Positions 38,558 through 50,973 of a stretch of DNA of 64,000 nt are shown one piece after another. This DNA is from Narcine bancroftii (lineage: Eukaryota): NCBI RefSeq assembly GCF_036971445.1, contig NC_091472.1:304916001-304980000 (forward strand), in the 5' to 3' direction. Numbering within the stretch: the first letter of the stretch is position 1; the number at the start of each line of letters is the position of its first letter. The notes beneath the pieces are model-generated. The model was not told the DNA's origin. It saw only the letters and a list, made by a program, of their open reading frames with translations, and did no database searches. A program made the translations under genes and the position numbers.

Positions 38558-38984
38558 ATGAGTTCCTATTTTGTAAATCCATTTTACTCCAAGTACAAGC
38601 CAGGAGAAGCCCTCAGCCCCACTTACTACGACTGCCGGTTTCCACAGGACGTGACCAGCAGACACGCTGTGGTCTATGGTCCCAGCAGCGGCGCGAGCTT
38701 CCAGCACCCAGCTCAAGTTCAAGAATTTTACCATCATGGGACATCAGCACTTCCTAATACTGGCTTTCAGCAGAATCCTTGTGGAATTACGTGTCATGGT
38801 GACCCCTCTAAATTTTACGGATACGATAACTTACAAAGACAGCAAATTTTTACGACACAGCAAGAGGCCGATCTGGTACAATATCCTGACTGTAAATCGT
38901 CCGGCAGTAATATTGGCGAAGAACCAGAGCACTTAAATCAGAACTCGTCTCCTACTCAAATGTTTCCCTGGATGAGACCTCAAG
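38558..38984 (+). CDS. hoxd8: Hoxd8 exon 1
   Basis: [26 protein letters not shown], hexapeptide MFPWMRPQ; donor CAAG|GTTGGA at 38984/38985. Confidence 0.94.
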
Positions 38985-39199
38985 GTTGGATATATTAAAA
39001 TTAGCTTCCATCTCACGTTTTGCTGCTCAGTTCTGCCGCCAAGGTGTTTAATGCTATCTGTAGTAATCGCACTAATAGGGACTGTTTCTTTCTATAGCAT
39101 TGCCGAGCGAAGTAAAAGTCGTTGTGATTATTATTTCATTTTGTGCATTTTACCAAAACTTTATTGTTTCTTTTTGTGTGTGTTTGTCGTGTTGTTTAG

Positions 39200-39495
39200 C
39201 AGCGCCTGGTAGACGCAGAGGGAGACAAACTTACAGCCGATTCCAAACCCTGGAGCTGGAGAAGGAATTCTTGTTCAATCCGTATCTGACTCGAAAGCGA
39301 AGGATCGAAGTCTCTCATGCTCTGGGACTGACTGAGAGACAAGTGAAGATTTGGTTTCAAAACAGGAGAATGAAATGGAAAAAAGAAAACAATAAGGACA
39401 AATTCCCAACCTCTCGGAACGACGATGAGGGGGAAGAGGTCAAGAAAGAACAGGAAGAGCCTGAGCAGGACACAACAGAGAAAGAGACCAAGTAA
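39200..39495 (+). CDS. hoxd8: Hoxd8 exon 2, homeobox (tandem TAG-CAG acceptor; alternative start 39203)
   Basis: [70 protein letters not shown]; RFQ is typical of Hoxd8. Confidence 0.96.
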
Positions 39496-39883
39496 CTTTA
39501 CCCCTTTGGCCTCAGAGAGCAACGTCATTCAGTTTGTGCCAATTCCACTGTTATTCGTGTTGATCAGATTGAATCCTCCACCACACCGATGGTTAGTTTG
39601 GTGTAAAACAGTCCACCAGCTTTTGAAGTTCTTTCGAGCCTTAATTCCACATTCTTTCTAATGAGGTCTGTGTACATCATTTTAACCTTTTCGATCAAAT
39701 CCTGGCAAATACAGTATCAACTGTCATATAGAATTTTGCAGCTCCCTTCAAAAGTGGAAAGTTGCAATATCTCAGAAGTAATAGCCATTTGAATAAAGAT
39801 TTTATTGCTTTTTAATAGGAGGAAAATATAAATGAAATTGTGATTAATTTAGTTGGTTGATTTTATTTAGAATTGTGATTACA

Positions 39884-39904
39884 CCCAACAACATGAACTG
39901 CCTA
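39884..39904 (+). promoter_or_regulatory. miR-196 near-perfect complementary site in Hoxd8 3'UTR
   Basis: CCCAACAACATGAACTGCCTA versus reverse complement of miR-196a CCCAACAACATGAAACTACCTA: one missing A, one G:U. Confidence 0.88.
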
Positions 39905-40480
39905 ATAGAATGGATTATTTGGAATGTATTGCGAACACTCTTAATTAATGATAGAGAAAAAAAAACAGTGCACTTGCGATGTGTCTTAATTACTGTGCGT
40001 GTAAACTAATTGGTGGTGTATTGCGGCTGGAAATTCTCAACAATTACCTGTCTCCGAAACGCAGTTAATAAACATAAGCAAAAAAAAAAGGTATTCCGCA
40101 GCAATAGTCACTTTTTATGATGGTCGAATGTGATTAAATTAATAAATGTTGATTAAATTTAACTGTGTGATTGTTTCATTTTGTGGCCAGTCTCCCAAAG
40201 AAAATAAAAGTAACCCGTGCTTCACAGAGAAACATTATAGCTTGATTGAGACAAACAGCCGAGATCGCTAGAGTTCTGTGGCTGCTTCGAGGAGATTAAA
40301 TCGAATGTATTTGAGTTTTGTTTACTTCTGCGGTCACAAGGTGTCCGTCTGCGACACAACAAGGCTGTTCTGGTCGTTGGACAAAAAAAAATGAAGATGG
40401 TATGTTTTTATATGTAGTTATAAAAGTTAATGATGAGAATATTAGATTATCTATGCCTTAAGTTAAATGCCCTTCGAGTG

Positions 40481-40690
40481 GCCATTGGCTAGTTAAATCA
40501 CATGCCTGGCTCATGTGTGGCTAAAAGGACGCTTTAACAGTTAGTGTTTTGTGTAAAGCTGCGGTCAACTGTACACCTATATCAGCAAATCTCGTAAAGC
40601 CGACAATAAAATCCTAATACTACAAATCACTCGGCAAAGTGAAGACTTCGAGGTTCCAATTTACTCTTCTCCACTTTACAGGCTGGAGGC
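40481..40690 (+). pseudogene. Probable Hoxd7 remnant (promoter, 5'UTR and decayed start of exon 1)
   Basis: CATTGG-9nt-TCACATG; TATATCAGCAAATCTCGTAAAGCCGACAATAAAA and CTACAAATCACTCGGCAAA resemble the Hoxb7/Hoxa7 5'UTR as recalled; AAGACTTC at the ATGAGTTC position; NLLFSTLQAG versus Hox7 NALFSKYTAG; syntenic slot of Hox7. Confidence 0.7.
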
Positions 40691-41683
40691 GCCGACAGAA
40701 TCTACAGTTGTCGAATAACCTTCCATTTTCCCCATTAGACTTTGCATAAGCAACGATCAACTTTAACAGAATCAGCGATCAAGCTCCATATAAATCCTTA
40801 GAAAAGGAATGGACAATTTTTGATGTCCACATTGATGTACAAATTACTATGTCATGGGAAGGCTGAACAAAACGATAAACAGGAAATGGTGCTGAGGAGG
40901 GGTAGGATTAACAGACCAATGTTAGGTAACAACTAAATACATTTACACGTTATTAACAGCAGATACTAGAATCCACTGTGATATTGCAGTGATGTTCAGA
41001 CATGTGTAATCCAATGAACTGATTCAATGCATAATTGGGCGTCATGTCTCACAATTTCCTAATTCTGCCAGGCACGGTTGCCAAATTCACTATTTCAAAA
41101 TGAGAATTCATAAGAAAACTTTGCTGCAGCATTATTTATATATATTCAATGTTTTTTTTTAAACTAGCTTCATTTTATGTTAAATACATTTGATCTAATT
41201 CAAACAATAGCAGTGTGGTTGGTGCCAGTTAACCCAGCAAACAAACGATTTTATTTAAAAAATGTCACTTTCGTAATTGCCTTCTCGAATACGAAATGTT
41301 ATTTGTACAATTTTAAAGGACCTTATTCAACACTTATTCGGACATTCTAATTACATTTCCCAAATAGTGTGAACACTCGAGCTACCCCAATAGTGTTTCA
41401 GATATAACCCTCCTTTCGGAAAGAATCTAGACAATCACCAAATTCCAAACCACATAATGAAATCATTATTTTGCATTTGTTGGTTTTATACATTTGTGTC
41501 TCATTTATTGGTCTTCGCTCTATTAGAAGCTCCGACGGGTTGTACAATGGCACTAGATCGGGATCTCGTCGCGATCTTATAAGCTGATAGAAATCTTACT
41601 GGAGGAATAAATGATGAAAACGACCAACAGTTTTAAGGAGAAGGTAGAGCCTGCAGGGACTGCGAGTTTTACATGTGTGTGTG

Positions 41684-41829
41684 NNNNNNNNNNNNNNNNN
41701 NNNNNNNNNNNNNNNNNNNNNNNNNNNNNNNNNNNNNNNNNNNNNNNNNNNNNNNNNNNNNNNNNNNNNNNNNNNNNNNNNNNNNNNNNNNNNNNNNNNN
41801 NNNNNNNNNNNNNNNNNNNNNNNNNNNNN
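41684..41829. other. Assembly gap following a (TG)n start
   Basis: Run of N. Confidence 0.99.
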
Positions 41830-43057
41830 TCCGATATTTAGACATGAATTAAAACAAACCTCTGTAAATCCGTGCAAATGATCCTTTTGGTTCTTCAACC
41901 CATCATTATTTTTTAAATGGGTAATTTGCAGAAAATATTCCAGCACATTCTGCCCACAGCCCAACATCCACATCCCACGCCAGAAAAAGGGGTTTTTTTT
42001 GGGAATAAGAGGTAATAGAATTTGAAAATTTTAACATTTTAATGTCGCATCGCTGCTCTTGTGTTACGTTTAGTTTCCAGAGGACTTTTGTATATTTTCT
42101 CCATAGAATTGTTTTTAACCATTGGCCCAGAGACGATTAGATTATTGACCTTTTACATATCAAACCCCACGGACCATAGACGGCAAGGAAAGGATGGCAA
42201 ATACCAACCGATGTCTGCTTCTCCCCGAACTAATTTGTTGCGTAACTTTGGTGCATGAATTTGCTGCCGAGCTCTGATGCCTGTAGCAAGGAGAACAATT
42301 GCGGAACAAACATTTTACACCTTTCATGAGCGCTAAATATTTATTTATCGAGAGCGCAGCTATATTTAATGAAATTACTTGTGAAATTGTGAATGCCTTT
42401 TGTTTTCTCTCCAGCACTGAAAACAGGAGGGGCAGAATGAAATAGGGGGGCTTAAATGTAATCAGATCATTTCACACGCTGAGAACCCACCTCCCCTGTC
42501 TCCGTTCTCACCTGTGCAGAACGCACAATGTCACATGAATCATAAGTTGTCACACAGTTTGCATTTCAGGGTTTTGTTTGAATGAAGGCAGGCGCCGTGC
42601 ATGCAGATTGAACTCAGTGGCCAAACGTGCTTCGTGTTCGCTTGTTTCCTACTCTTAGCTCGGTCAAATCAAAGGGATCGGAAAGCATGTCAAAGCAAAA
42701 TGGGAAGCCGCCTGATTCATAATTACCAACATTGGGAAATATGAATTAAACCTGCAGGAGTTGTCTACGAAAGAAACATTAGACTTGACGCATTGAAAAC
42801 CTGAACTAAAAGTGTCCTGGGTTATCGAATTGCAGGGGCTGGTGGTGTGAACTACCCACTGTCGTGAGGGTTATTTCCCTTCGTGTTTACGCGGTGGCTG
42901 CACTTCCGCCTCTGTAGTTGGTTAGAATGTTTGTTACAATGTATGTTATACTGTATAACAAATAGCTGTAGCCAAGAACTCGTTAAAGGAAACATGGCGC
43001 TTGCAAGCGGTACTTGCGAAATCCGCAAGGAATTGCTGCGAATTCTTTTTTGTTTGA

Positions 43058-43533
43058 AGTAAATTTACAACTTTGTAATGGACCCTTTTACGAGGGGGTC
43101 GGCGCTCCCATTGGCTACTTTTGGTCATGTGAATCAAGCAACTGCGTTCATGGCCTTTTCATGATTTCCCTTGTGAATATTTCACTGCATTCCGCTGCTA
43201 ACTCGTCTCAACCCGTCTTTTCTGTCGGTATCTCTCCTTGGCTGCTTTTGTCGTGGGTCTTTGGCGCCAGCTGCTTGGGGGGAAAAGAGAGACTTTCCGC
43301 TCTCCTCCCGGTGTTCAACCCTTTACTGTTGAACTATGAGGAAGTCATTCGACACATGCTGGGATTCGGCAATCTGATCTCCCTCGCAGACCTGTGACGT
43401 CTGCTTCCAGTCTCTCCTTCACCCTTCAGTTCGCTTTGCCTATTTTAAGTTATTTTGATAGTTGAAACGGTACAAATGGAATACAAAATCCACACGATTC
43501 CTACTGGGGGGAGGCGCCATGAAACAGGTAAGT
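43058..43533 (+). promoter_or_regulatory. Orphan Hox-type promoter and putative first exon between Hoxd8 and Hoxd5
   Basis: TAAATTTACAAC and TTTTACGA Hox sites; CATTGG (43109) plus TCATGTG (43125); perfect donor CAG|GTAAGT at 43527/43528. Confidence 0.6.
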
Positions 43534-46450
43534 CCCTTTGCTCTTGTCCGTTGGGCTATCGCAGATAGATGTGTTGTAATGGGAAGCCACGACGTTGTAT
43601 TCACTGGTTGAGTTCGAGGCAGCTGGTTGTCAGGTCGAAGGCAAGACTGGTTTTCAAATGGCACTTTCTAACGAGGTCCCGGTGGTCGATTCAGTATAAA
43701 CGGGGGCCGAGCAGCAGATTAATTAAATATTTATTTTCGGCCACGAAACGGGGAGTCGTGATCCATGCCTATCTTTCTGATGACAGCCTTGCTACAAGAC
43801 GGCTGACATTTGCATCGAACATCTCCTGTGGCGATTAATCAAGTTGTCTAGTTCATTCAAGACTTTTTGATTTCGTTACTTTTATTAGCGATGGTTGTTG
43901 TTTGCCTGCTGACCTACTCCAGTGGTTGTTAGCCTCAGTCTATTTTTGCTGATCTGTGACTTTCCATGGTATTTTCTAGCTTGCAGCCAAGTGTATGAAG
44001 GTTGGACACTCTCTGATGTAAAACTGGAGCAATGAGTGATGGATTTGTGTTAATGATCCGAATAAGTCCGCGCGGAAATCACTGGGTTTGGAAATATCAA
44101 GAGCTATGGGATTTTGGAACAAACGTTTCGTTATCATTTTAATAATATTTCACCACGTGATAGCAGTGCGCAAATGAGGAGAACTCGACGATCATTTTCC
44201 TGCGGTCAACATCAGACACGCTTTCAATATGTTAATGACGAGAGTCATGGCTATTTATACTTGATTTGTCAGTGCAAATAATTTAAGTCTGTTCATTTGG
44301 TGAAGTGCAATGCCAATTTGCGATTGTTCATCTAGTTGTGTTGTATTTAAGAAAAGAACTCTTCAATTTGTAAAATATTTCTAAGCAGTTCCAACGTCAT
44401 GTTCATGACTTCACAATGCAGCGCATGAAATCAAAACAGCGCTATTTTTTAATATTAATTATTAGTTGAAACTGTCTGCTCGGGAAATAACATAGGGCCA
44501 CAGTGATTGTTAGCAGTAAAGTAACGCGGGTATTTCTGTTCTTATTTCTCAGCCAGTTGTCTGTATTTCCGCTGATGGAATATTCGGAAAGAATTGTTCT
44601 TTATTTTGTGTCAGAGATGAAGGAAGAATTTTCTAGCTGCATGCACTTGAAAGTCAATATTATTCGACTATGAACCAATTCATCTTGCTGACACCAAATT
44701 ATTTCTAGGGAACGAATAAAAAAATAATATATCAACATGACCCATGTATAATTAGATAGATATTAATTTACCGATGGAAACTTGTGTCTGTTTGCAAATG
44801 TTAAATTATTAAATGCTCCTTTTCTATCTGTATCTATTGGACAGACGGACAGGGACATTGTGAAACGAAACGCTGGCCACTAAAAAAAACTTAGATCACA
44901 GCATATTGCAGGAACCAAATAAGCATTTAAACTAATGAGCCCATTTTAAATTACAAAATAAATACGTAAATACATATGATCGACTTAAGTCATATCTCAC
45001 AAGAACAAAATGTCAGGATGGCGACCCATATAGTGCACAATATTTAATATTTTGCTTTATGGAGAAAGCAATTTTATTTGCGCCTCAATTGTCAAACAGT
45101 GGTTGGCTTTAATAATTTCCTACAACGTGTTTTCCACACAATGTTCGCCACAGGAAAACATTCTCGTGCAACCTCTCTTAATTAAGACCCTGTCCCTCGT
45201 TTTGAAAAGTGAACAAATTAAATATTAGCTTAAATTTCTTTCTGGTGAAACTAAATCTGTTTAGCATCGAATAAACGCTGTCCATTTTTAGAATTGCGTT
45301 AAAAAAAAAACCTACCTGATGTCTCCTCAAAATTTTCATCTTAATGGAAATTATTTGGTTAAAAATCCGAACAAAAATGTAAATCGTCATTATAAATTTA
45401 ATTCAGAAGTACATATTTCCAAATTACGCCTCCACAGACTATTTTAAGATGGGGCTGTTTATGTAAGGTTACCCCACCGAAAAGTTCTGAAATTTCTAAA
45501 TGGTAAATATCGCTATCTCTGAGTGCGTCTGCTATTAGGGCCAATATCCAGAATTCTATTTGGAAGCTTAAATGTGAAGAATTTTGCTCACTATTGTACC
45601 TTCAATAGTAGAGCGACAACGTTCAATGGCAATAATCAATTTCAATGAAATTGCAAAAATTCTCTTTTAATTGAAATACTTTCGGTTAACATCTGTGACA
45701 AAAGGTCATTTGACTTTCAACAACGTTCACCGCATTTTAATTCATCGTGCCTATTTACATTTAAAAATAACATATACTTATAGACATAAATAACTCCAAA
45801 TCCGAATCACAAATATGTAATCTCGTACATAACGGTGATTAATCCACTGCTATCGCAGAAATTTGCTCACTCTTTACAGGACTGACAAACGAAATTCCAG
45901 ATCGCATCTTCTCCGAAATTTATGACAATGGCCAACCCGCTGCAAAACGAAAAATCAACAAAACATTTAGTATGTCGGGCCCGAACAGGTTTCTTTTTTC
46001 CAACAGTATGAACGCGACTTACTTATTCAACTGTTTCAAATATTGTAGAGAGCTGGACAATCAGTTTGCATGGCTTTCCCATCTCAAGTTATCTATTTCC
46101 ATATTTATTTACTGTCGTACTTAGGCTTAGAACTCCTTCAATCTAGGCCCAAATGGTACTTCGGGGAAACTATCATCCTGCAAACATTCTAATAATCGGA
46201 GATCTGTGCAAACCTACAGTACAATGGACAGTGTGGCCAGATCCCGATTGTGAATGGTTTTGCAAGATTTTAGGTCCATTTTCTAATGTACCCATTGAAA
46301 TGTATCAGGCAAATGAACATAAACAACTCAATTTCCCAACTCTGGGACGATCCTGTAAAGACTGCAATTATATTTCCTCACAACCTAGAAATCAAATACC
46401 ATTTCATCCTAAAATTTGCACGTGTGTTTGAGTTTGCGTGTGTGTGCGCT

Positions 46451-46504
46451 GGAGAGAGGGGGGGGGGGGGGGGAGAGAAAGAGAGAGAGGGAGAGGGAGG
46501 GAGT
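46451..46504. repeat. Polypurine G/GA tract
   Basis: GGAGAGAG, poly-G, then AG/GGAG repeats. Confidence 0.85.
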
Positions 46505-48072
46505 GGTATTCAGTAGCCAAATAATTTAGTAATGCTATTTCTCTGCGCCCTCATTCATTTACATACGCAGAGCAGGGAGCGCCCAGCAACAGAGAGAGCA
46601 ACAGATAACTCAGATCCAAATGTGTTAAATATTACTGCTACAAAGGACGGATCTTTGCAAATTATCCAGACAATGCAGTTAGCGTTTTGACATCGTTTCA
46701 CTGCCTTGATTATTTCTTATGTTCGTGATCAGAATCAACCCTTTAAAATTCGCCAATGAATCAAACAGGAAGAAACAAACCTTGTTTCAAATCATTATAT
46801 TTATGGATGTCGAAGTCTCCCTGCATATGATTCGATGCGTCTAAATTCGAGTTGCTGTACTCTGACACGATCCCGCCGGAGACAGACGGCGAGACCGAAC
46901 GTGCAGCCCTTGCAATCTGCGCCATTCGTTCCCCACATTTGTGCATATCGGTTTTGTAATGACCTCGGTGTACATATTGATCAGATCTTGCAACAGGTCA
47001 AATTGAAATATTCTGATCGGCTAGATCGTAAATGCGGGGAACGCACCCGTGCAGTTGAATCTCACAATGGAGAAGAAGCGGGTTTCTGCTGAAGTTCTCG
47101 GTTATTGCTTCTGTGGTGACTGGCCCCGACTTAACTGGCCGTGAAAGAAAATAATTGTAATTCTTTATTTATTAACTCAATGGCCGATGAAAATAGAGAG
47201 CAAATGCTAATCCAGAATCCTAACTTAAATGCGCAAAAGAGAGTAAAAAGGCGGATCACGTGATTGTAAATGAAACTAGAACTACAAACTTTGTGAAGCC
47301 GTTTCTCTGTAAAACTATATGACCAGTGAATCAATAGGCTTAGTTCATAACACATCACGAAAATAACACCGTAGTCTTTGTACATTGTGTTTAAACGTGC
47401 AATGAATATAAATCTGATATTGGATAGAGGTTTTTTAACCGAACAAAATATTTCCTTGGCGTCTTAACAAATTCTAAACGTCTGGAGTAAAGATTACAAT
47501 AAGAGTTGCGAAGTTGTAATAATTATTGGGAATATGTAGGATTTTCCCCCTATCGGGCTATGTTTAAGCACCACGTTTTGGGATTAAATATGAGATAAAA
47601 ACGTGGTGATTCACCACCTTTATTCCAATACACAATATATGATTTGTTCCACAAAACGTGTTGAATTATCTGGACGCAATTTATATTATTGGAATGATCG
47701 CATGAAATGTTAAGACCCGCACACTTTTCTAATACATCACCACAGAGAATAATTGTGATGTTCAATGAATGCACGCACTGGTTTTCTGTTGATATAAACG
47801 TTTGGCGGGTGTTCTGTACGTCCTCCAATGTATCATTGATAAACTTCATCAAAACAGAACTGTTCATCGTTTATATCCTAAACCGTGAACCATTTGAAAA
47901 ACTGAAACCATTCCCGAAAAAATTCATCCTTTGAACATTAACGTCTTTCAATTTGGCTTGCAGAATTGAGCCGGACTCTCTTCTTGTTTGACAGAAGGAG
48001 GCGCTGTAGGACAAGGCTCGCTAAATCACAGCACGAATTCTCACTGCATGAATTACCCCTAGGGTCAGGCAC

Positions 48073-48249
48073 AAGAATTTACGACTGGTCAACAAAAGCA
48101 CGTGATCTAAACTTGCGTCCCATATTTGGTTGCATACGTAGGAGGCAGAGAAATGACATGTGCCTTTTATTTCCATATTTCATTATATATCGCGCGTTCT
48201 GGTGGCGAATAAACGTCTAAGAACCACAAATCAATCCCCTAAAAGGCAG
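48073..48249 (+). promoter_or_regulatory. Conserved Hox5 proximal promoter/5'UTR
   Basis: GAATTTACGAC...AAAAGCACGTGAT...CCCATATTTGG...TACGTAGGAGG...CCACAAATCAA, the same block order as the Hoxa5/b5 leader as recalled. Confidence 0.75.
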
Positions 48250-48757
48250 ATGAGTTCCTACTTTTTCAACTCCTTCCCAGGTCGCTACCAAAATGGCCAC
48301 GATTATCAGTTGCAGAGTTATGGGAATGCCTCGTCTGTGGGAGAGCATTTTAGGGAGTCGACGATGCTCTCCGCCAGGTATGGCTATGATTACACTGGGA
48401 TAGACCTCAGCATGACTCGTTCCAACTCAAATCTTCGTGGAGATAATGAAAGGTCTACTAACTACACGCAGACAACCAGTAGCACCTTCCACAGTTCTTC
48501 TGGTGCGAGAACTAAGTCTCCTGATCCTGCATTCTGCCCAGGATCTTTAATAAGCCCATCAGACAGTTCCATTAAAACGGGGACGACTATCACAGAGCCA
48601 AGTCACTCATACCGCGGTGGTCAGGATGCATCACCAGTCACCGATGAGCATCTTAAAGCAACGAACAGCCCCAAACCTGAAAGTGAGCAGCTAGACAAGG
48701 ACTCAGCACAGCAGATGCAGATATACCCATGGATGAAAAAGCTTCACCTCAGTCAAG
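48250..48757 (+). CDS. hoxd5: Hoxd5 exon 1
   Basis: [44 protein letters not shown] Hox5 motifs; donor CAAG|GTATGC at 48757/48758. Confidence 0.93.
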
Positions 48758-49068
48758 GTATGCTCAGTGCCGCCATTCTCCCTTTTGATATAGATTCGAA
48801 TTTTTGACGAAGTACTTTGAGAAACAACGTGATTTAATAAAATTAAGTGAAGCATGGTATTTCCCAAACTCTAACAATTTGAATGAAATCGGAATATCAG
48901 CTGTTGCTTTGAACAGTTGTAGCAATTGTATCAGGATCGACATCATTTTATGCATCAGCGATTTCCCTTGAAAATTAAATTATGTCTATCTTACATATCG
49001 AACTTGCTTATTTTGTTTATCAGAAGCTGCATTATTTCCTGTTCTGCACGATTAGGTGCAATAATTAA

Positions 49069-49332
<264 letters not shown>

Positions 49333-50744
49333 CTGGCTACACCGAACTGGTTCTAATAATATCCTTTACGTGGCAATGAGAGCGGTCGTTTGGTCACATA
49401 AAATACTGCGTGGCATACATTTTTGTCGTATGGATTCAACATCTTGTCATCAATACACTAGATATATTAAAATATCTATTTCTAAATTTAGATCAGAAGT
49501 GAGAACAATAACGAGGTCTGTCGGCGTAATGTAGCCAAACGAACCGTGTACCTCTGAGGGCAGAATGAAGTGTTCATGTGACTGGTTGCTTCGTTAAAAC
49601 AGTAATTTGATCACGTTTTGTAAAGTTAGATAAATATTGTTCTTTCATCTTTTTATTTACATCAAAAATGTTTTGTTTTGATTAATGCTGGGAATCGTTG
49701 CTGTGATTCCCCCAGGTATATCTTGTTCTGTATATTCTGTACATACATGATGTTTAAATGTCTGACTTTGTGCTATAAAATGACATAAATGATGTTTTGG
49801 CAACAACATTGAAATAAATCCAGTTTTACCAATAAAAAAAAATCACCTTGTGTTTTTAGCTCCAATGCATGCGCAGAAGTGTTGGCAATCGGCCACTTGT
49901 TAAAGAACCAATGCGACCTTACTGTCTCACTTTGCTTCTATTTACTCGACACTAAAGTTTCTCTAGTTTTATAAAAAGATTATGAAACTACTTGCTTCGA
50001 ATGTTTTTTTTTATTATCTCATGTTGTTCTTGGTTTAAAAAAAAACTGCTGGCCGAACTGACATCTTTCAACATTTTATTTTTAAAAAGAGAACACATCT
50101 TCGTCCAGAAACTTCAGCATCGAGATTCCAGACGTGTTCATTGACATAAGACAATTTGATAATCTGATATCCTCTGGTGAAACTATGCAATTTTTACATT
50201 TATGTCTATTAATAGTAGATCATTTGGAAAAAAAAAAATATTATGTATCCATTCGTGAGACTTTTCTGTCAGAGCTTTGGAAATTAAGGAGTTCTCCATT
50301 AGTTTCCATTGCGCGGAATTATTCAGCAGGAGAAACTGAATTGGGGGTTTTAAACTGTATTTATCTTTAAAGCAGGATGAAATAATGGATGATTGAAGCC
50401 ATCGAAATAACTAAAACTAAGTCACAGGAAACGCTTAATGTTCAAAAGGAAATCTTGCTTGTAATTGACTTAATTATATTTCACAAGTTATCCGTCACGG
50501 ATACACACAGTGGACTGAAACTTACCAAATCTAATAGATCGCCGTGGCTGCTTGGGAAACGCCCAAATTGCGTTTAAAGTACAGAAAACTTATTCACCGA
50601 GGCAAGCGTCCTCTGGGTACTCAGATATTAAGCTTTATATTTCTGAGAACATTTCAATGAACATGACGGTCTTTAGTGAATAAAAGTTTTAAAGTTTAAG
50701 GGTTATTTATATGGACGCCACAGAGCCAGGTCCTGACTGGTTGT

Positions 50745-50973
50745 ACATGGACACGTGACGCCATTAAACTTTGTTTTATGGCTAGGGGAGTTGACAAGCC
50801 AAAATATAATTCACATCATATATTAGGTTAAGAGCAGACAAGTGCAGATGGTTAGTGTTTTCGAGAAGGTCTGTGGAAAGTGACACCAAGAAGCTAGCTG
50901 TCCTGTTCCGCCGCTATGCATCGGAAGTGTCCAAGTGGCTTCTACCTTTGCGTTGGAAAAGCAGCAAGTAAGT
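50745..50973 (+). promoter_or_regulatory. Conserved element 3' of Hox5; likely distal promoter/first exon for Hoxd4/mir-10b transcripts
   Basis: CACGTGAC E-box, CATTAAA, GTTTTATGG (Cdx/Hox), GAGTTGACA (Meis); donor CAA|GTAAGT at 50967/50968. Confidence 0.6.

Noticed and set aside
38558-39495. Assigning the cluster to HoxC because Hox8 exon 1 is Hoxc8-like
   Set aside because: Hox12 MCEH start, Hox8 RFQ, Hox4 [15 protein letters not shown], mir-10b, the Hoxd4 RAREs, and the absence of Hox6 and mir-196 all indicate HoxD.
46835-47092. ORF MRLNSSCCTLTRSRRRQTARPNVQPLQ, loosely resembling spliced Hox6 (MQRMNS...[14 protein letters not shown])
   Set aside because: A genomic Hoxd6 remnant should retain its intron between these motifs; there is no further homeodomain similarity, so it is probably chance.
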